This document shows, piece after piece, positions 1-11,729 of a stretch of 64,000 nt of DNA (the stretch's first letter is position 1; each line of letters begins with the position of its first letter). The position numbers and the translations under genes are program-made. The notes below the pieces were generated by a model. That model searched no databases. It was given only the letters and a program-made list of their open reading frames with translations, and had not been told where the DNA came from. Where the stretch lies: contig NW_003314277.1 of NCBI RefSeq assembly GCF_000143415.4, positions 507,183 to 571,182 of the forward strand, read 5' to 3'. The stretch is from Selaginella moellendorffii. Its lineage: Eukaryota > Plantae > Lycopodiophyta.

Positions 1-807
1 TTTAACATAACTTAAAGAACTTACTTAAATATTTGCTTGGACATGGTGATCTTTTTCCTTGATCTAAGGAGTTACTAGAAAAAGATGATGGATCTACAGT
101 AATAAAGAAAGTAGGATTTTTATCTATACTGTCACTTAATTTTATTCTCATGTTGAATTTGAAGCTAGATTATTGTATGGGAAGCCCTTACCAATTGAGA
201 GATAATTATTATTAAATGGTTGGCAAGTCTGACGGGCCCAAAGGGAATAAGGTATATTGTTCGTTTCTCTGGATTGTTTGTCTCCTCCAGAGGCTGCTAC
301 ATTGCATGCACTATAGGTACTTAGTGAAATAATTGACTTTTGTGAGCATGATCTGAGACATGTTTCTAAATGTATATCAACTCTTAAAATATGCCAGAAT
401 GTCCAAGCATATTTAGTACTCCTAATATTTTATTAATTTTAATCTGAAATATGGCAACTGTAAACTTTAAATTAAATAGAAAAGTTTAAGAGTAGAACAT
501 CACAACTGTTACAATTAATATAAAAAAATATGCCTGGAAGATTTTTTATATATTCCTTACATCAAAAGACAAATCTGTTTTTCAACTTTCAAATGAAATG
601 CATTTAAAAAAGCGTTTCATCTAGCTATTATTATTCATATTATTAACGTTTTATATCTTGAATATGATAATATCTATTCGTATTAGAAATTATGAATCAG
701 GAAAAAGGAGCACATATTATTTATATCTAGAATATGCTATATCTATTTGTATTAGAGAATATTATTATAACCTTTCATTCAAATTTCAAATCACTTCTAG
801 TGATTTA

Positions 808-1438
808 GGGCTTTTGCACCCACCACGCTATTACATTAGATTTTAGAAATTCTAATTTAATAGTTTAACTTAATGGTAATTCGTTCAGACCAAAAATTAC
901 CATTAACTTAGATTAATGGTAACATTAGCATTTTCTTTGTATTTTTCCTTAAAATCCTAATGCTACACTTTTCTAGCATTATAATTAAAATATTCAAGAA
1001 TATTGCTTAAGGATTTAGCACAGTCCCTCTTCTCCGCAAAGACGATGCCAAGATCAAGAAAGGTAGGGTGCTGGAATCAATCAATTGCTAAACTCTCGAG
1101 CTGTGCAATCAATCAATCCTTACGCTACTAAAGTTGTGAGGGACTCCGGTTGCTAGCCATCAATCAATTGCACTCAATCGCTGCAATCGCTGCCTACTAG
1201 GGTCTTGAGGCAGCACTCCCACGGGAGCTGTGGGGATTCGCAGGAGCTCCACAATCACTGTATAATGATAAAAAATGAAATGTGAACGAAATGTGAATAA
1301 ATAACCTAATATAAATGGTTATGTGAACTGACTTTTTAGCAAAAATGAGAAAAATTTATAGCATTAAAATTTTAAATTAGGTTAAAATCATTTAATTTAA
1401 AAGTTTTAATTAATTTAAAAGTGAGTGCAAAAGTCCCC
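808..1438. mobile_element. Tourist/PIF-Harbinger-like MITE
   Basis: Imperfect terminal inverted repeats GGGCTTTTGCACCCAC (808-823) and GTGAGTGCAAAAGTCCCC (1421-1438), each flanked by TTA (805-807, 1439-1441); AT-rich non-coding interior. Confidence 0.6.
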
Positions 1439-1958
1439 TTAAACAAAGCAATAGTAACAACTAAATGTCTCATTAATCTTCCGTGTCTCCAATCTGTGCT
1501 GTGAGTTTCTCACTGTGAATTTCCTGGCAATCCAAGCGTAACCTTTTCTGAGCCTGACTTGCAATTGTCAAGTATGGTTGACCATGACAATCTCTTTTCA
1601 CTCCAGATATTGAAAATTTGATTGAATGCGGGAGCTATTTGCTCCGGCACTAATGTGGTTTAGAAAAACCGTTTAGAGTGCTTAGTTGTGATTCTTCATT
1701 CCGCCTGCAAACCAGAGCATATGATGAATCCAAAACGACTGGAAAGGCGTCTCTAAGCTCCGGGCTGCAGCGTTAAACCTTCTCGGTGGAAAACTAGTTC
1801 AAACAAACGTTAACCTTCACTCAAAAAATGGTACCTTAAGGCTCGTATTTACCTTGGGCAAGGAGTTGTGCACATCAGCAGCCAAACGTGATGTTCCAAA
1901 CGCTCGCAACCTCGGGCTTCTCCACATGATGAAGCTTACGGTTCCTATAACACCTCCA

Positions 1959-3402
1959 TTAGTCATACTCTATCAACACAACTTTAGACTTGCCTGTGGC
2001 GGTTGCGCTTCGCCTCGAGCCGCTCACACTCTCACGGATGGCCTTGTGGATCTCCTTCTCCATCTCCGCTCGTTTCTCTGCTGCTGTCGCTACAGGATTG
2101 AACACAATGCCAGGACACGACACTGGATCCACAACCTCTCCTTGGTTGACGCTTGGACGTGCAACACTCGGCACTGGATCCTCGTGACCCTGACCTTGCG
2201 AAGTTACTTGCTCCAAGGGAATAGGGCCATGGACGATCAGAGGGTACTCCACCGAGGCTCCCTGCTGGACCTGATCAGTCTTTGGCGGCTCGTCCTCATA
2301 AGTTGACAGCTCCGGAATTGGTGGCAGCAGCCGGACTTCAGCTGGAGCACCAAAGTTTTGATCCACCGTGGGATGGTAGACACCGAGAAACGGCAAAGGT
2401 TGGTACTCCAATGAGGCTCCCTGATAAGTTGACAGCTCCAGAATTGGCAGCAGCGGGCGGTCTTGAGCTCGTGCTACGATTGGATCCACCGTGGGATGGT
2501 AGACACCGAGAAACGGCAAAGGTTAGTACTCCATCGAGGCAGTAGACAGCTCCGGAATTGGCAGCAGCAGGCGGTCTTGAGCTGGTGCACCAACGATTGG
2601 ATCCACCGTGAGAAATGCCGAAGGTCGGAGTTGGAGTCGCCTTGGAGGCCTCAAGATCAGAGGACCAGCCACTTTTCTCCTGTTGGCATTTAGCTGTGAC
2701 AGTCGACCAAGCTGCTGCTTCTCCTCTCCAAGCTGCTGCTGCTGCTTCAAGCTGCTCCTTCTCTCCAACAAAGGAATTGAGCTTCTCTTCAACGAAGGAA
2801 TTGAGCTTGTCCCTGAGACGTGAGTCCTCAATCACGCTCAAGGGAACGAGGTATTCTCGCTGGCTGCCATTGCTGCTGCTGGCACCGCGAGGAAGATGGC
2901 TGCTCCCGATGAAGTGCACCATGACCTTGCCGTTGTTTCTTCTCCTCTTCACGACTATCCAGATGCTGCTGACGATGGCCACCACAGCAAGCAGGAACAT
3001 GATGATGCCTGCCGCGAGCAGCCCAGGCGGTGTGACAAACGCTGCTACTGCTGCTGCTGCCGAAGATGGTGACGACGACGCTGGCGGAGGCGGAGCAATA
3101 GAGGAGGAGCTCCAGCCAGGCGATGGTGGCAATGGTGGCCTTGGTTGCCACGTTACGGAGTCGTGAGCAGAAGGTGGCGGTGGCCCATACCTCCTCGGTA
3201 GCCAAGTGGTTGTTGTGGAAGAAGGTGGCAGCGGCTGCTGCCCTGTAGCCTTTGTGGCACTCCTGTGCCTCATGGGCTTTGCTGATGCCTCTGGTGGGGA
3301 CGGCGGATGCGCCCGACGATGATGCGGCAGTGGCCTCATGCTCTTCCTCGTGTTGTGCTCTCCATAAGGCGACGGCGGCGCGGCGATGATGTTGCGAGCC
3401 AT
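1959..3402 (-). pseudogene. Proline-rich single-pass membrane protein with ~40-aa C-terminal repeats, disrupted
   Basis: Pro/Ser-rich N-terminus, TM segment GLLAAGIIMFLLAVVAIVSSIWIVV followed by KRRR. The repeat frame (ORFs 2523-2831 and 1959-2519) is shifted relative to the N-terminal ORF and has CAA>TAA at 2523-2525 compared with the sister repeat (LEYQPLP vs MEY*PLP). Confidence 0.45.
2300..2620. repeat. Three imperfect tandem copies of a ~115-125 bp unit
   Basis: GACAGCTCC(G/A)GAATTGG recurs at about 2305, 2431 and 2546; GATCCACCGTG recurs three times. Confidence 0.85.
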
Positions 3403-4034
3403 AGCTACTTGGCAAAAAATAAAACTCACCTCAGACAGAATCCTTTTTCTTAGGGCATTAACACGCTTTTCGAATTAATTCGCCATGGACTTCTTTTAGT
3501 CGCATTTGTCCCTCGGCTGATCCTGGATGAGCATTTCGAAGACGACACTCCTCAACTTGGCTGTCGATGCAATTGCGCTGCCTCCAATCTCGGCCTGGGT
3601 CCACGAGCACGCGCGCCACTGAATTGACTGTTTACCAAGCCCGAGGGAGAAGGACACACTTCTCTGGAGACGCGAGCACTGAAAGTCACTTGGTTTTTAT
3701 ACAACGCTAAAAATCATATCAGCAGCAGAGCTAGAGTTTTGTTGCGGGAGTCGTGGAAGGATACTTCTCGCCATCGCGCTCGTGATTTTGATCAGTGGCA
3801 GCGTCGATTTTCCAGGCTTGGTCGTTTTTGGTGATGAAAACTGATTCAAAACAAGACTGATTAACTTCCAAGTGAGAGAAACTCACATTCTTACTTGGAA
3901 CGAGCTCCAACTTTTCAAAGTCAGCGAGCTGAAAATTCCACAAAAGTTGCTGAGTCGCCAGGCACGATTTCAATACACTCTTGGCACCAAACAAGTTCTG
4001 CATATCTTCCTCTCTCCCTGGCGAGCTGGATGCG

Positions 4035-4325
4035 CGGGCAGCGCTGGCGAATCCCCGGTACTCGTCCAGGATCGCGGGCAAGAAGATCATCGAGTGATCG
4101 CACATTGCCGACGTGAAGAGGCCGCGACGAGAGCTGGAAGAAATGTGCTCGCCGCCGTGCGCGAGAGAGAATAGACTAGTCTGCATCGGCCAAGAAACTG
4201 ATTAAAGATCTCGTCGTGGTTGCGACGCGCCGCGATCGTCGTTGAATAGGCGATTGGTGAAGCCGTAGCGCGGATGGCCGGTGCATGGTCATCGCGCTGG
4301 TCGTCCTCGCGAAATATCCCAAGCC
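4035..4325 (-). pseudogene. Deleted, frameshifted fragment of the COMT-like OMT exon 1
   Basis: Encodes GIFREDDQRDD...NHDEI and QTSLFSLAHGGEH...LFTSAMCDHSMIFLPAILDEYRGFASA, matching about 25815-26170 in inverted orientation. Confidence 0.85.
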
Positions 4326-4466
4326 ATTGGAGAGAGAGAGAGAGAGCTAGTGGATTCATTATCTTTTCGTTCTTGGACGCTTTGACAGCTGGTCAAATGC
4401 TGGTCAACTTAAGTAAACTGGCTACCTTGAAGCGCGCGAGAGACGAGAGGTGGTGATGAGAAGGCC

Positions 4467-6614
4467 ATGGAAGCCGCGGCATTTGCAAATACAGTGGCGG
4501 CACTCTCGAGAAGCGATCATGAAAGTTCAACAAGAAGAAGAAGAAGACGGAGCGAGATGGGTGCTGTTGCCGCAGAGCAGTGCTTGCCGGAGGAGACGAG
4601 CAATGCGTCGTCGTCGTTCTTCCAGCCCAAGGATCCATCGCCCAATGCGCCCCTGCTGGATGGCGAGCTCGCCGCCGAGCAGCTCCACGACTGCGCGAGG
4701 GCCCGAGACATCGCCCGAGGTAAGCGACTTCACTCTCTCCTGGCCGCGTCTGGGCAGGACCAGGGCGTCCACCTCGGCAACTTGCTCGTCACCATGTATG
4801 GCAAGTGCCGCAGCGTCGAGAATGCACGTCTCTCGTTCGACCGAATCACGCAAAGAAACCGGCGGTCGTGGAACGTGATGATCTCGGCGTATGCCCAGAA
4901 CGGGCATCTGGAGGAAGCTGTGGGAATGTTCAAGGCCATGTACCAGGAGGGCGTGCAACCGGACAACTTTACGTTTAGCACCGCGCTCAGCGCCTACACG
5001 AGGCTCGCGGACGTCGTAGAGGGGAGAAAGGTCCACGAGAGGGTGGCGAGCGCGGGATTTCTCTCGGACTTGATCGTCGCAACCGGGCTCGTCAACTTGT
5101 ATGGGAAATGCGGGAGCCTGGACGAAGCCAGACAAGCTTTTGAATCGGCTCTTGCGGCTAGCGAGGAAGATCAAAGAGAAGGACTCTCTGGCAGCGACGT
5201 GAGCGGCAGCGTTGGGCTGTGGACGGCGATGGTGGCGGCGTGCATCGATGCTGGAGAGGGCTGGGAGGCGATCCGGGTCTTCGCCGCGATGCTCCTCCAT
5301 GGAGTCCGGCCAAACTCGCAGACTCTCTCGACCGTTCTCAATGCATGCTCGGCCGTAGGAGCTCTCAAGGAAGGCCGGCGTCTCCACGACTGCGTGATCC
5401 GCAGCCTGGGAATGGATACCAGTGACACCATCGTCGCCACCTCGCTCGTCACCATGTACGCCAAGTGCAAGAGCTTGGACGAAGCTAGAGCCGCGTTCGA
5501 TCGCCTCACCGCGCGAGATATCATCAGCTGGAACGCGATGCTGGCCGCCTACACACACAATGGCCAGGGCCACGGCGAGGCCTTCACGCTCTTCCAGGCG
5601 ATGCAGCTCGAGGGGATCAAGCCGGACAAGTTCACAATGAGCACCATCGTCGTGGGCCTCGCCACCCTCGCGCAGGTCGACTACGTCAAGCGCCTCCTCG
5701 CCGAGAGCTCGCTGCTGGAGGAAGATCTCTTCCTCGCCAACACACTGGTGACCATGTACGGCAAGCACGGCTGTGTTGGCGGCGCCCGATCACTCTTCGA
5801 CGCCATGAAGAACCGCGACGTGATCTCCTGGACGGCGCTCATCGGCGCCTACTCCCAGAACGGGATGTTCCGCGAGGCGCTCCACCACTACCACGCCATG
5901 AACCTTGATGGCTTCCGCCCAAACCAAATCACCTTCGTCAGCGCGCTCGACGCGTGCCTCAACCTTGGAGCGCTACAGCAAGGCCGCGCCGTGCACGCCG
6001 CCATCGCCACCAGTGGCGTGGAGCTCGACTGCTTCCTCGAGACCGCGCTGGTGAACATGTATGGCAAGTGCGGGAGCTTAGAGACCGCGAGGGCGGTGTT
6101 CAATCGGATGCCCGCCACTGATATCGTCACCTGGACGTCGATCATCGGCTCTCATGCGCAGCATGGCAAAGGGTCGCGCGCCATGGATCTGTTCCACCGG
6201 ATGGAGCTCGAGGGCCACACACCCAACGCCGTCACCTTCATCATCTTCATCTCATCGTGCAGCCATGCTGGGCTCGTTGACGAGGCGCTGGCCTACTTTG
6301 GATCCATGACCAGCGACTACAGCATTCTCCCCGACGCGGAGCACTGCTTGTGCATCATCGATCTGCTGGCGCGCTCCGGCAGGCTGGCCGACGCTGAGAG
6401 GTTTATCGAGAGGATGCCGTTCAAGGCGGACGCAGTGGCGTGGACGACGCTGCTCGCGGCTTGCAAGGCCACCGGGGAGACATTCCTCGGTGCCAAGGCT
6501 GCTGCCAAGGATCTGTTTGCGGGTCGCGAGTCGGGTGAGTGCGGCCCCTATGTCATGCTCGCAAATTCCTACACACAGACTTCCAAAGACACTCAAACCT
6601 TGAGTATAGGTTAG
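4467..6614 (+). CDS. PLS-class pentatricopeptide repeat protein with truncated E domain, no DYW
   Basis: Intronless 715-aa ORF with repeated LVTMYGKCG / SWNAMI.AY motifs, ending ACSHAG-like...MPFKADAVAWTTLLAAC...YVMLAN. Confidence 0.9.
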   Translation: MEAAAFANTVAALSRSDHESSTRRRRRRSEMGAVAAEQCLPEETSNASSSFFQPKDPSPNAPLLDGELAAEQLHDCARARDIARGKRLHSLLAASGQDQGVHLGNLLVTMYGKCRSVENARLSFDRITQRNRRSWNVMISAYAQNGHLEEAVGMFKAMYQEGVQPDNFTFSTALSAYTRLADVVEGRKVHERVASAGFLSDLIVATGLVNLYGKCGSLDEARQAFESALAASEEDQREGLSGSDVSGSVGLWTAMVAACIDAGEGWEAIRVFAAMLLHGVRPNSQTLSTVLNACSAVGALKEGRRLHDCVIRSLGMDTSDTIVATSLVTMYAKCKSLDEARAAFDRLTARDIISWNAMLAAYTHNGQGHGEAFTLFQAMQLEGIKPDKFTMSTIVVGLATLAQVDYVKRLLAESSLLEEDLFLANTLVTMYGKHGCVGGARSLFDAMKNRDVISWTALIGAYSQNGMFREALHHYHAMNLDGFRPNQITFVSALDACLNLGALQQGRAVHAAIATSGVELDCFLETALVNMYGKCGSLETARAVFNRMPATDIVTWTSIIGSHAQHGKGSRAMDLFHRMELEGHTPNAVTFIIFISSCSHAGLVDEALAYFGSMTSDYSILPDAEHCLCIIDLLARSGRLADAERFIERMPFKADAVAWTTLLAACKATGETFLGAKAAAKDLFAGRESGECGPYVMLANSYTQTSKDTQTLSIG

Positions 6615-6668
6615 TACTGTTTAACACGTAGTCATTGATAACATCTATAGAAGTTACATCCTTTGTAA

Positions 6669-7022
6669 TTACGCGCATGGGTCACAAGCCTCCAGATGAT
6701 CTGTGACAAATGATATACAGGTATCCAGGTCTACAACTTCGAGTTTGCCATGTTTGATTTCATAGCTGCAGACAGAACCTTCATCGTTGCAAAGGAAAAA
6801 GGGCGAGCCACCAAATGAGAGAGTCAAGTTGGAAGCACAATTCGTAGTGACCGTGCCGTCCTTGGACACATGGACTTCACTGCACGAATTTCTAAATTGC
6901 CCGCATGCTTGCACCTAGCATACAAAAGAAGTTATAGTCTTCTTAATCTTTTCAGTGATAAAATTCTCATTTACCTGAATGGCAACCGCTAAGAAGACAA
7001 GAAAGAATACTGAGCTAGTCAT
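6669..7022 (-). CDS. Small secreted cysteine-rich protein, cyanovirin-N-homolog (CVNH)-like
   Basis: Exon 7022-6975 (MTSSVFFLVFLAVAIQ), 60-nt GT-AG intron 6974-6915, exon 6914-6669 in frame (97 aa). Signal peptide, then CGQFRNSC...GTVTTNC and VDLDTCISFVTDHL. Confidence 0.7.
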
Positions 7023-7547
7023 CTTTGAAGAAATATAAGCCCCAAATTAAGAATCCACTCACTCAATATATGCTATGCCATTCTTGATTAATCAGGTGGA
7101 CGGCAATTTTGTTTTTAACTTAAACGTACACGATAAACTAACATAGTGCTTTGATACAATTAATGTACTATATAAGAACATGTTTTAAGTTATCAATCTA
7201 GTATTTAAAACACTTCTATTTGATAAATTGTGTGTTTATAAATTATTAATCTCTGAATAGTTGTGTTTCAACTTTGATAGAAGCGTTCTTCTCCCTCACG
7301 CTTGGTAAACAGTCAATTCTCTGGCGCCTTTCTCGTAAACCAGAAGCCATCTGTTCAAATCAAGACTGATTAGCTTCCGAGCAGCTTACACTCTGACTCG
7401 GAACGAGCTCCAGTTTTTCTAAGGCAGTTTGCTGATCAAAGTTTACACAAAAAAAGTTAGCGCCAGGAAAATAAGGAGACTGCGGGTTACATAACATAGG
7501 CTCGCCCCGCTACAAAACATGTCACCGGGGCAACTATTGCCAACACT

Positions 7548-9916
7548 AAGGGAACTGTCATCATTGTGAAAAGCTCGAGAAAAGTTGACAACATGGACCA
7601 TTTGTGCAAAAACCCAAGTAACCAATGACATCATGATGAAGTTGAAATTGATGAAAACACCTCTTGTTAAGTTATTTGCTAGTTGAGTGTAATGAAGTGG
7701 TTGAAACCTATTGGGTTGCTGATAAAGAACTTGTGAATGCAAAATAGAATCAGCTTGCTTGAAACTAGTCATTGAGATCAAAGTTTATTGTAAATGTCAC
7801 TCAAGAGGAGCTTGCTTGAAAAAAACTATTGATGTTGTTGTCAAACAATTTGGTAGTGGAATAAGACCTGTTGATATTGTATTTGATTAGTCCAAACCAA
7901 TCTTTGTACTAGAAATAGTCAAGCTAGTTGATGTTGCAACAAACACCTAAATAAAGGCTTCAAAAATATGAAGTACTTGTTTCACATCCTTAAAACAACT
8001 CTATAAAGGTTGGAAGCTAAGAGTAGTTGTCACTAGCTTGATTGTTAAACTTGAAATGGTTGGAACTAAATCTTATTGTAGATGTTCAACCTTTTTAGTA
8101 GTTGTTGCTTGATGAAAACCATCCTCTATCAAGTTATAAGATGCAACCTTTAACTCATTGCAAGGTAGCTCTATTGCACAAAACCCAAGTAAATCAAAAT
8201 CATCTTCAACAAAAGTTTCCAAAACCAAAGTCAAAATTAACATGTATGCTTGGATAACCTAGGAACTTATCTAAGTTTTCAATCTTTAAGCACTAGTTGG
8301 AACCATAACATTCAAATAAAACTGAAGTGGTTGAGGCAATCAATAAAGTAATTAATGGAGCACTAGCCATTGCAAGATTAAGAAGGCAACTGTCAAGAAA
8401 CAATTGTGTGAAGACCCCTCGTGCTTTTGATGAAGTTAGCCAAGTGTTTGCTAACTAATCATAACCAATGTTTATGTAGATCCATTGCCTTATTGCACAA
8501 TGCTCATCATCATGATCGTATTCATCACATGCATAAAAAAGATGTTGGTATGAATTGTAATCACTTGAATGCTGTTGTGATGCACAATAACCACTTGAGC
8601 TTGAATATGGAGGTTTGTATGAAGGATAATTATTTGATTATGAATATGCCTATTGCTGCCCAAACTGCTGACTCTGTCTAGTAGGTACATCTTGATATAG
8701 ATATGTTGCATTGAAGGTAGTTTGAGATCCTTGCATATCTTGCTCTTGCTGATGATGACTCCTTTGTTCTTAAGGTAGAAAGCATGGTGATTGTGGAAGC
8801 AGTTAAGCATGGTACACATTGTTGATAATAGGCCCTAGTTCTTGCAATCGCTTTTTATCTTGCGCAATAGCTTCTTTCATTGTTGCTTGCAATGTTGATG
8901 GATCTTTGTACCAAATTCACCTATTAAATTTGAATGCAAAAAGTCTATATAAGACTTCACCACTCATAGACTGTTGTTATCAACTCCATATTCTTGGCAC
9001 CGTGCATCATACACCTAAACTCTCTCATTATAGGCTTGGATAGATTCATTTGGTCTTTGTTTGAATGCGTCTCACTCTATCATTACCATGTCCTTTGTTA
9101 TTGTAGGTTCAAACCACTTCAAAAACATGATCTTGAGCATCATGAGTAGAGGAGGTGATTCCATATTCATCATAGCAAACCATGAATCAGCTTCATCATG
9201 CAAAGTTAGGAGGAAATACCTTGACTGCATTGCTGAATTTAGCACTCCAAACCCTCTCAACAACCTTTTTACCTTTGTAAAATGCTGGCAGGGATTTTCT
9301 GCCTTGTAGCCATAATATCTTAGAAGAATTGTGAGCAAATGTGGATCCATTGCTACCATTGGAGCTGTTGACTGAACTAAATCTCCTTAAAGTGCTCAAT
9401 CTTGAAAGTGTTGTTTATAATGCTGTTGTCGTGAACTTTCCAGGTATTGCATGTTCTTGTGAGCTTTAGGACCTCTTTTGATATTCGGCTTTGAACACAA
9501 CATTGGCAATCCAGAATATGCAAGCATCTGACCAAACCTAGGCACCTTAATGTTGCAAGTTCGAAATTCAAGGTTGAGCAGCATCCATGCAGCTGATATG
9601 GAACTCTTTTTGCAATATTTGCCTTGTGATCCTTAGATGATACGCAAGGTTTTGCTATCCATGAATCAAGTTGCTCCTCAAACTCTTAAAAGCTTCAAAA
9701 TGATGTTGAATATGGTTAGATAGCCATAGGGCACCCTAATCAACCAAATTCACTAAGATAACCATAGGTCACCCAAACAAATTGCAGCCATTCTTCCACC
9801 ACATAACCTTTAGGGGCAGCAGCAGCTCCTTGTCTTGTGCTCAGGGTTTGGCAATCGAGGTAGATCAGACCCCCCCTCAACATCCCAAGGTTGCCTAGAT
9901 TCTACCTGGATTGCCA
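7548..9916 (-). mobile_element. Degenerate Ty3/Gypsy-like LTR retrotransposon internal region (gag)
   Basis: Gag-like peptides YGYKAENPCQHF and LTLHDEADSWF...LKIMFLKWFEP (9072-9359); many stops; PBS-like TGGCAATCCAGGTAGAATC on the minus strand at 9898-9916. Confidence 0.55.
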
Positions 9917-10025
9917 ATATTAGATTTAATCTTAGCATGCAGGCACTGATTTGTGATGAAGTCTCTCGTTTTTCAATCCCAAATGTCTGGGAAATTTGAT
10001 TATCATAATTGTATGAACAAAGGTG

Positions 10026-10076
10026 AGTACATGCTCAATAGTGGAAGTTCCAGTGTTCCACTATTGAGCATGTACT
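10026..10076. repeat. Perfect 21-bp inverted repeat (hairpin) with 9-nt loop
   Basis: AGTACATGCTCAATAGTGGAA-GTTCCAGTG-TTCCACTATTGAGCATGTACT; second copy near 14439-14489 with one mismatch. Confidence 0.95.
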
Positions 10077-10242
10077 ATCACATTCAACACAGAACTTGTT
10101 TTTTCATATTGTCAGACTCACTTTGCAGTAATTTATTCCATCTCAACACGTTTGTTCTTATCGAGAACAGACTTAGTCTACTCTGAACGCACCGGCAGCC
10201 TTTCAGTACGTTTTCCTTGTCCTCTGGCTTACAGTCCCTTGG

Positions 10243-10249
10243 TATAAAT
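10243..10249 (+). promoter_or_regulatory. TATA box of cysteine-rich peptide copy 1
   Basis: TATAAAT about 80 nt upstream of the ATG; retained in copy 2 (14262-14268, minus strand). Confidence 0.6.
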
Positions 10250-10328
10250 TTGTGAGTGTTGTTCCTCAATTCGCCAATCCTCATCTGCTCGTTCCAAGTT
10301 CATTAGTATGTTTCTCTTCAACAACAAG

Positions 10329-10568
10329 ATGAAGCCTGTTGTGCTGGTTTGTCTCCTCATAATGGCTCTTGTTTTTCAGGGCTTCCACTTCAACGTTCTC
10401 TCTGAATCTTGTAATCCTGGGGACAAAGTCTGCACTGGCAAGATATATGGGAAACTTAGTGGTCATAACTGTCAGAGGAAAGGTGGGAAGCAGTATGGAT
10501 ACCAGGGCAATTGTCTGCGTATCAACCAGGCGATCGGATATGAGGGAGGATGCTGCTACTTGAGCTGA
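10329..10568 (+). CDS. Secreted defensin-like cysteine-rich peptide, copy 1 (79 aa)
   Basis: Hydrophobic signal MKPVVLVCLLIMALVF; mature region has 6 Cys including GNC and terminal CC. Confidence 0.8.
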   Translation: MKPVVLVCLLIMALVFQGFHFNVLSESCNPGDKVCTGKIYGKLSGHNCQRKGGKQYGYQGNCLRINQAIGYEGGCCYLS

Positions 10569-10658
10569 ATGAGTCGGAATGACTTGAAAATTAATAACCA
10601 TAAATAAATCTGGTTTTTGGCTTGAACAATAACTGCCCTAGGTGCACCTGAGCGAGAA

Positions 10659-10760
10659 AATGGGGAGATGGGGCGGCTTTGAACAGGATCGCATATGGAG
10701 CGCATCACGGATCCGTCGCATCTTCAGCTTTCTGGGTCTTCCAGAGTTGTTCATAGTGCT
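10659..10760 (+). pseudogene. 5' fragment of the F-box gene
   Basis: Encodes MGRWGGFEQD...ERITDPS...HIFSFLGLPELF with deletions, matching the start of the gene at 13052. Confidence 0.8.
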
Positions 10761-10896
10761 ATATATATCATTGTAAGCGTAGAAATAAAAGCACCAAAGT
10801 TCTTACAAGGTTTAAAGGCTGAAATCATGGTTCAATCAAGAAAGTGCAAAAAACAAAGCCTACTAACTCCAAATCAGTGCAAGAATAAGTAAGTGA

Positions 10897-11679
10897 CATC
10901 TTGTTGCTCAGCAGACTTGTTAACAGAAACAGACTAATCAACTTGAAATGAGTCATGAATGGAGGAGCAACATCCCAATTTTTAGTGTTAAGAAGTTACC
11001 CTACAAGCCTGGGCTGGGGCAATACTATTATACCATGTGTAGCGGGCATTATTAAATCATGCGTTGGGAAAACTTCAAGTAGCTATAAAAGCTAAATAGT
11101 ACATTTTCGACTCCCTAAATGAACTAAAGCCTTAGGAGGAAATGTAAAAAAGAGTCAACTGGAATGTTGTCCATCTCTAATGTCATTGTAGCCATCATTG
11201 AATAAAGTCAAATTAATCAAATCCAATCTGACAGCATTCGTCTTCCGGCTCTCAAGCAAATTCAAGGCATAATATTCAGAATGTTTTAGTTATGTACAAA
11301 ATTCTGATAAAAACCACTGGTCATAGCCCAGTCAGGCGTGGTTGTAAGGGTCCTCCTTGGGAAGCTTGGAGTTTTGAGTAATTTATTCATGAACAAAACT
11401 CAAACACCACATAATTCTTCTTGGTATTTATTACATTATACTCCATATCAGGTGCACACACCACCTGCACAATATGTTGCAGTCGTTATAGCAACCCGTG
11501 ACAGTCGGGTTCTTGCATTGCGCACATGTTTGCTTCATAGTGATGGAGAAAGTTATCACCGTTTGAGTGTTGTATATGCTAACGTTTCCTCAGGCGAATA
11601 CAGTACATCCAAAGTTTGGGACCGAACCACGCTTATATGCAGCTCATAGGAATTTGTACCCAGAACAGGAAACATTCCA
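10897..11679 (+). repeat. First copy of ~780 bp direct duplication (partner 14570-15344)
   Basis: Near-identical from CATCTTGTTGCTCAGCAG to AAACATTCCA, with a few short indels. Confidence 0.95.
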
Positions 11680-11729
11680 TTCACTAGTATGATCTGAAAA
11701 TTTCTCGTTTCCTACATATGGAGATCCTG

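Larger units (their letters stand above)
9946..10639 (+). repeat. Left arm of ~700 bp inverted duplication (partner 13861-14569)
   Basis: Near-identical reverse complement; the duplicated ORFs 9953-10186 / 14329-14562 and both peptide genes lie inside the arms. Confidence 0.95.

Noticed and set aside
2300-2620. Regularly spaced repeats as a CRISPR array
   Set aside because: The whole units are similar with no unique spacers, they encode a peptide repeat, and the context is eukaryotic with no cas genes
4527-5768. Long antisense ORFs (also 41960-42916, 60415-61611, 48133-48657)
   Set aside because: Shadows of GC-rich codon usage of real genes on the opposite strand
9953-10186. 77-aa ORF duplicated at 14329-14562
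   Set aside because: No recognisable motif; its conservation is explained by the recent inverted duplication
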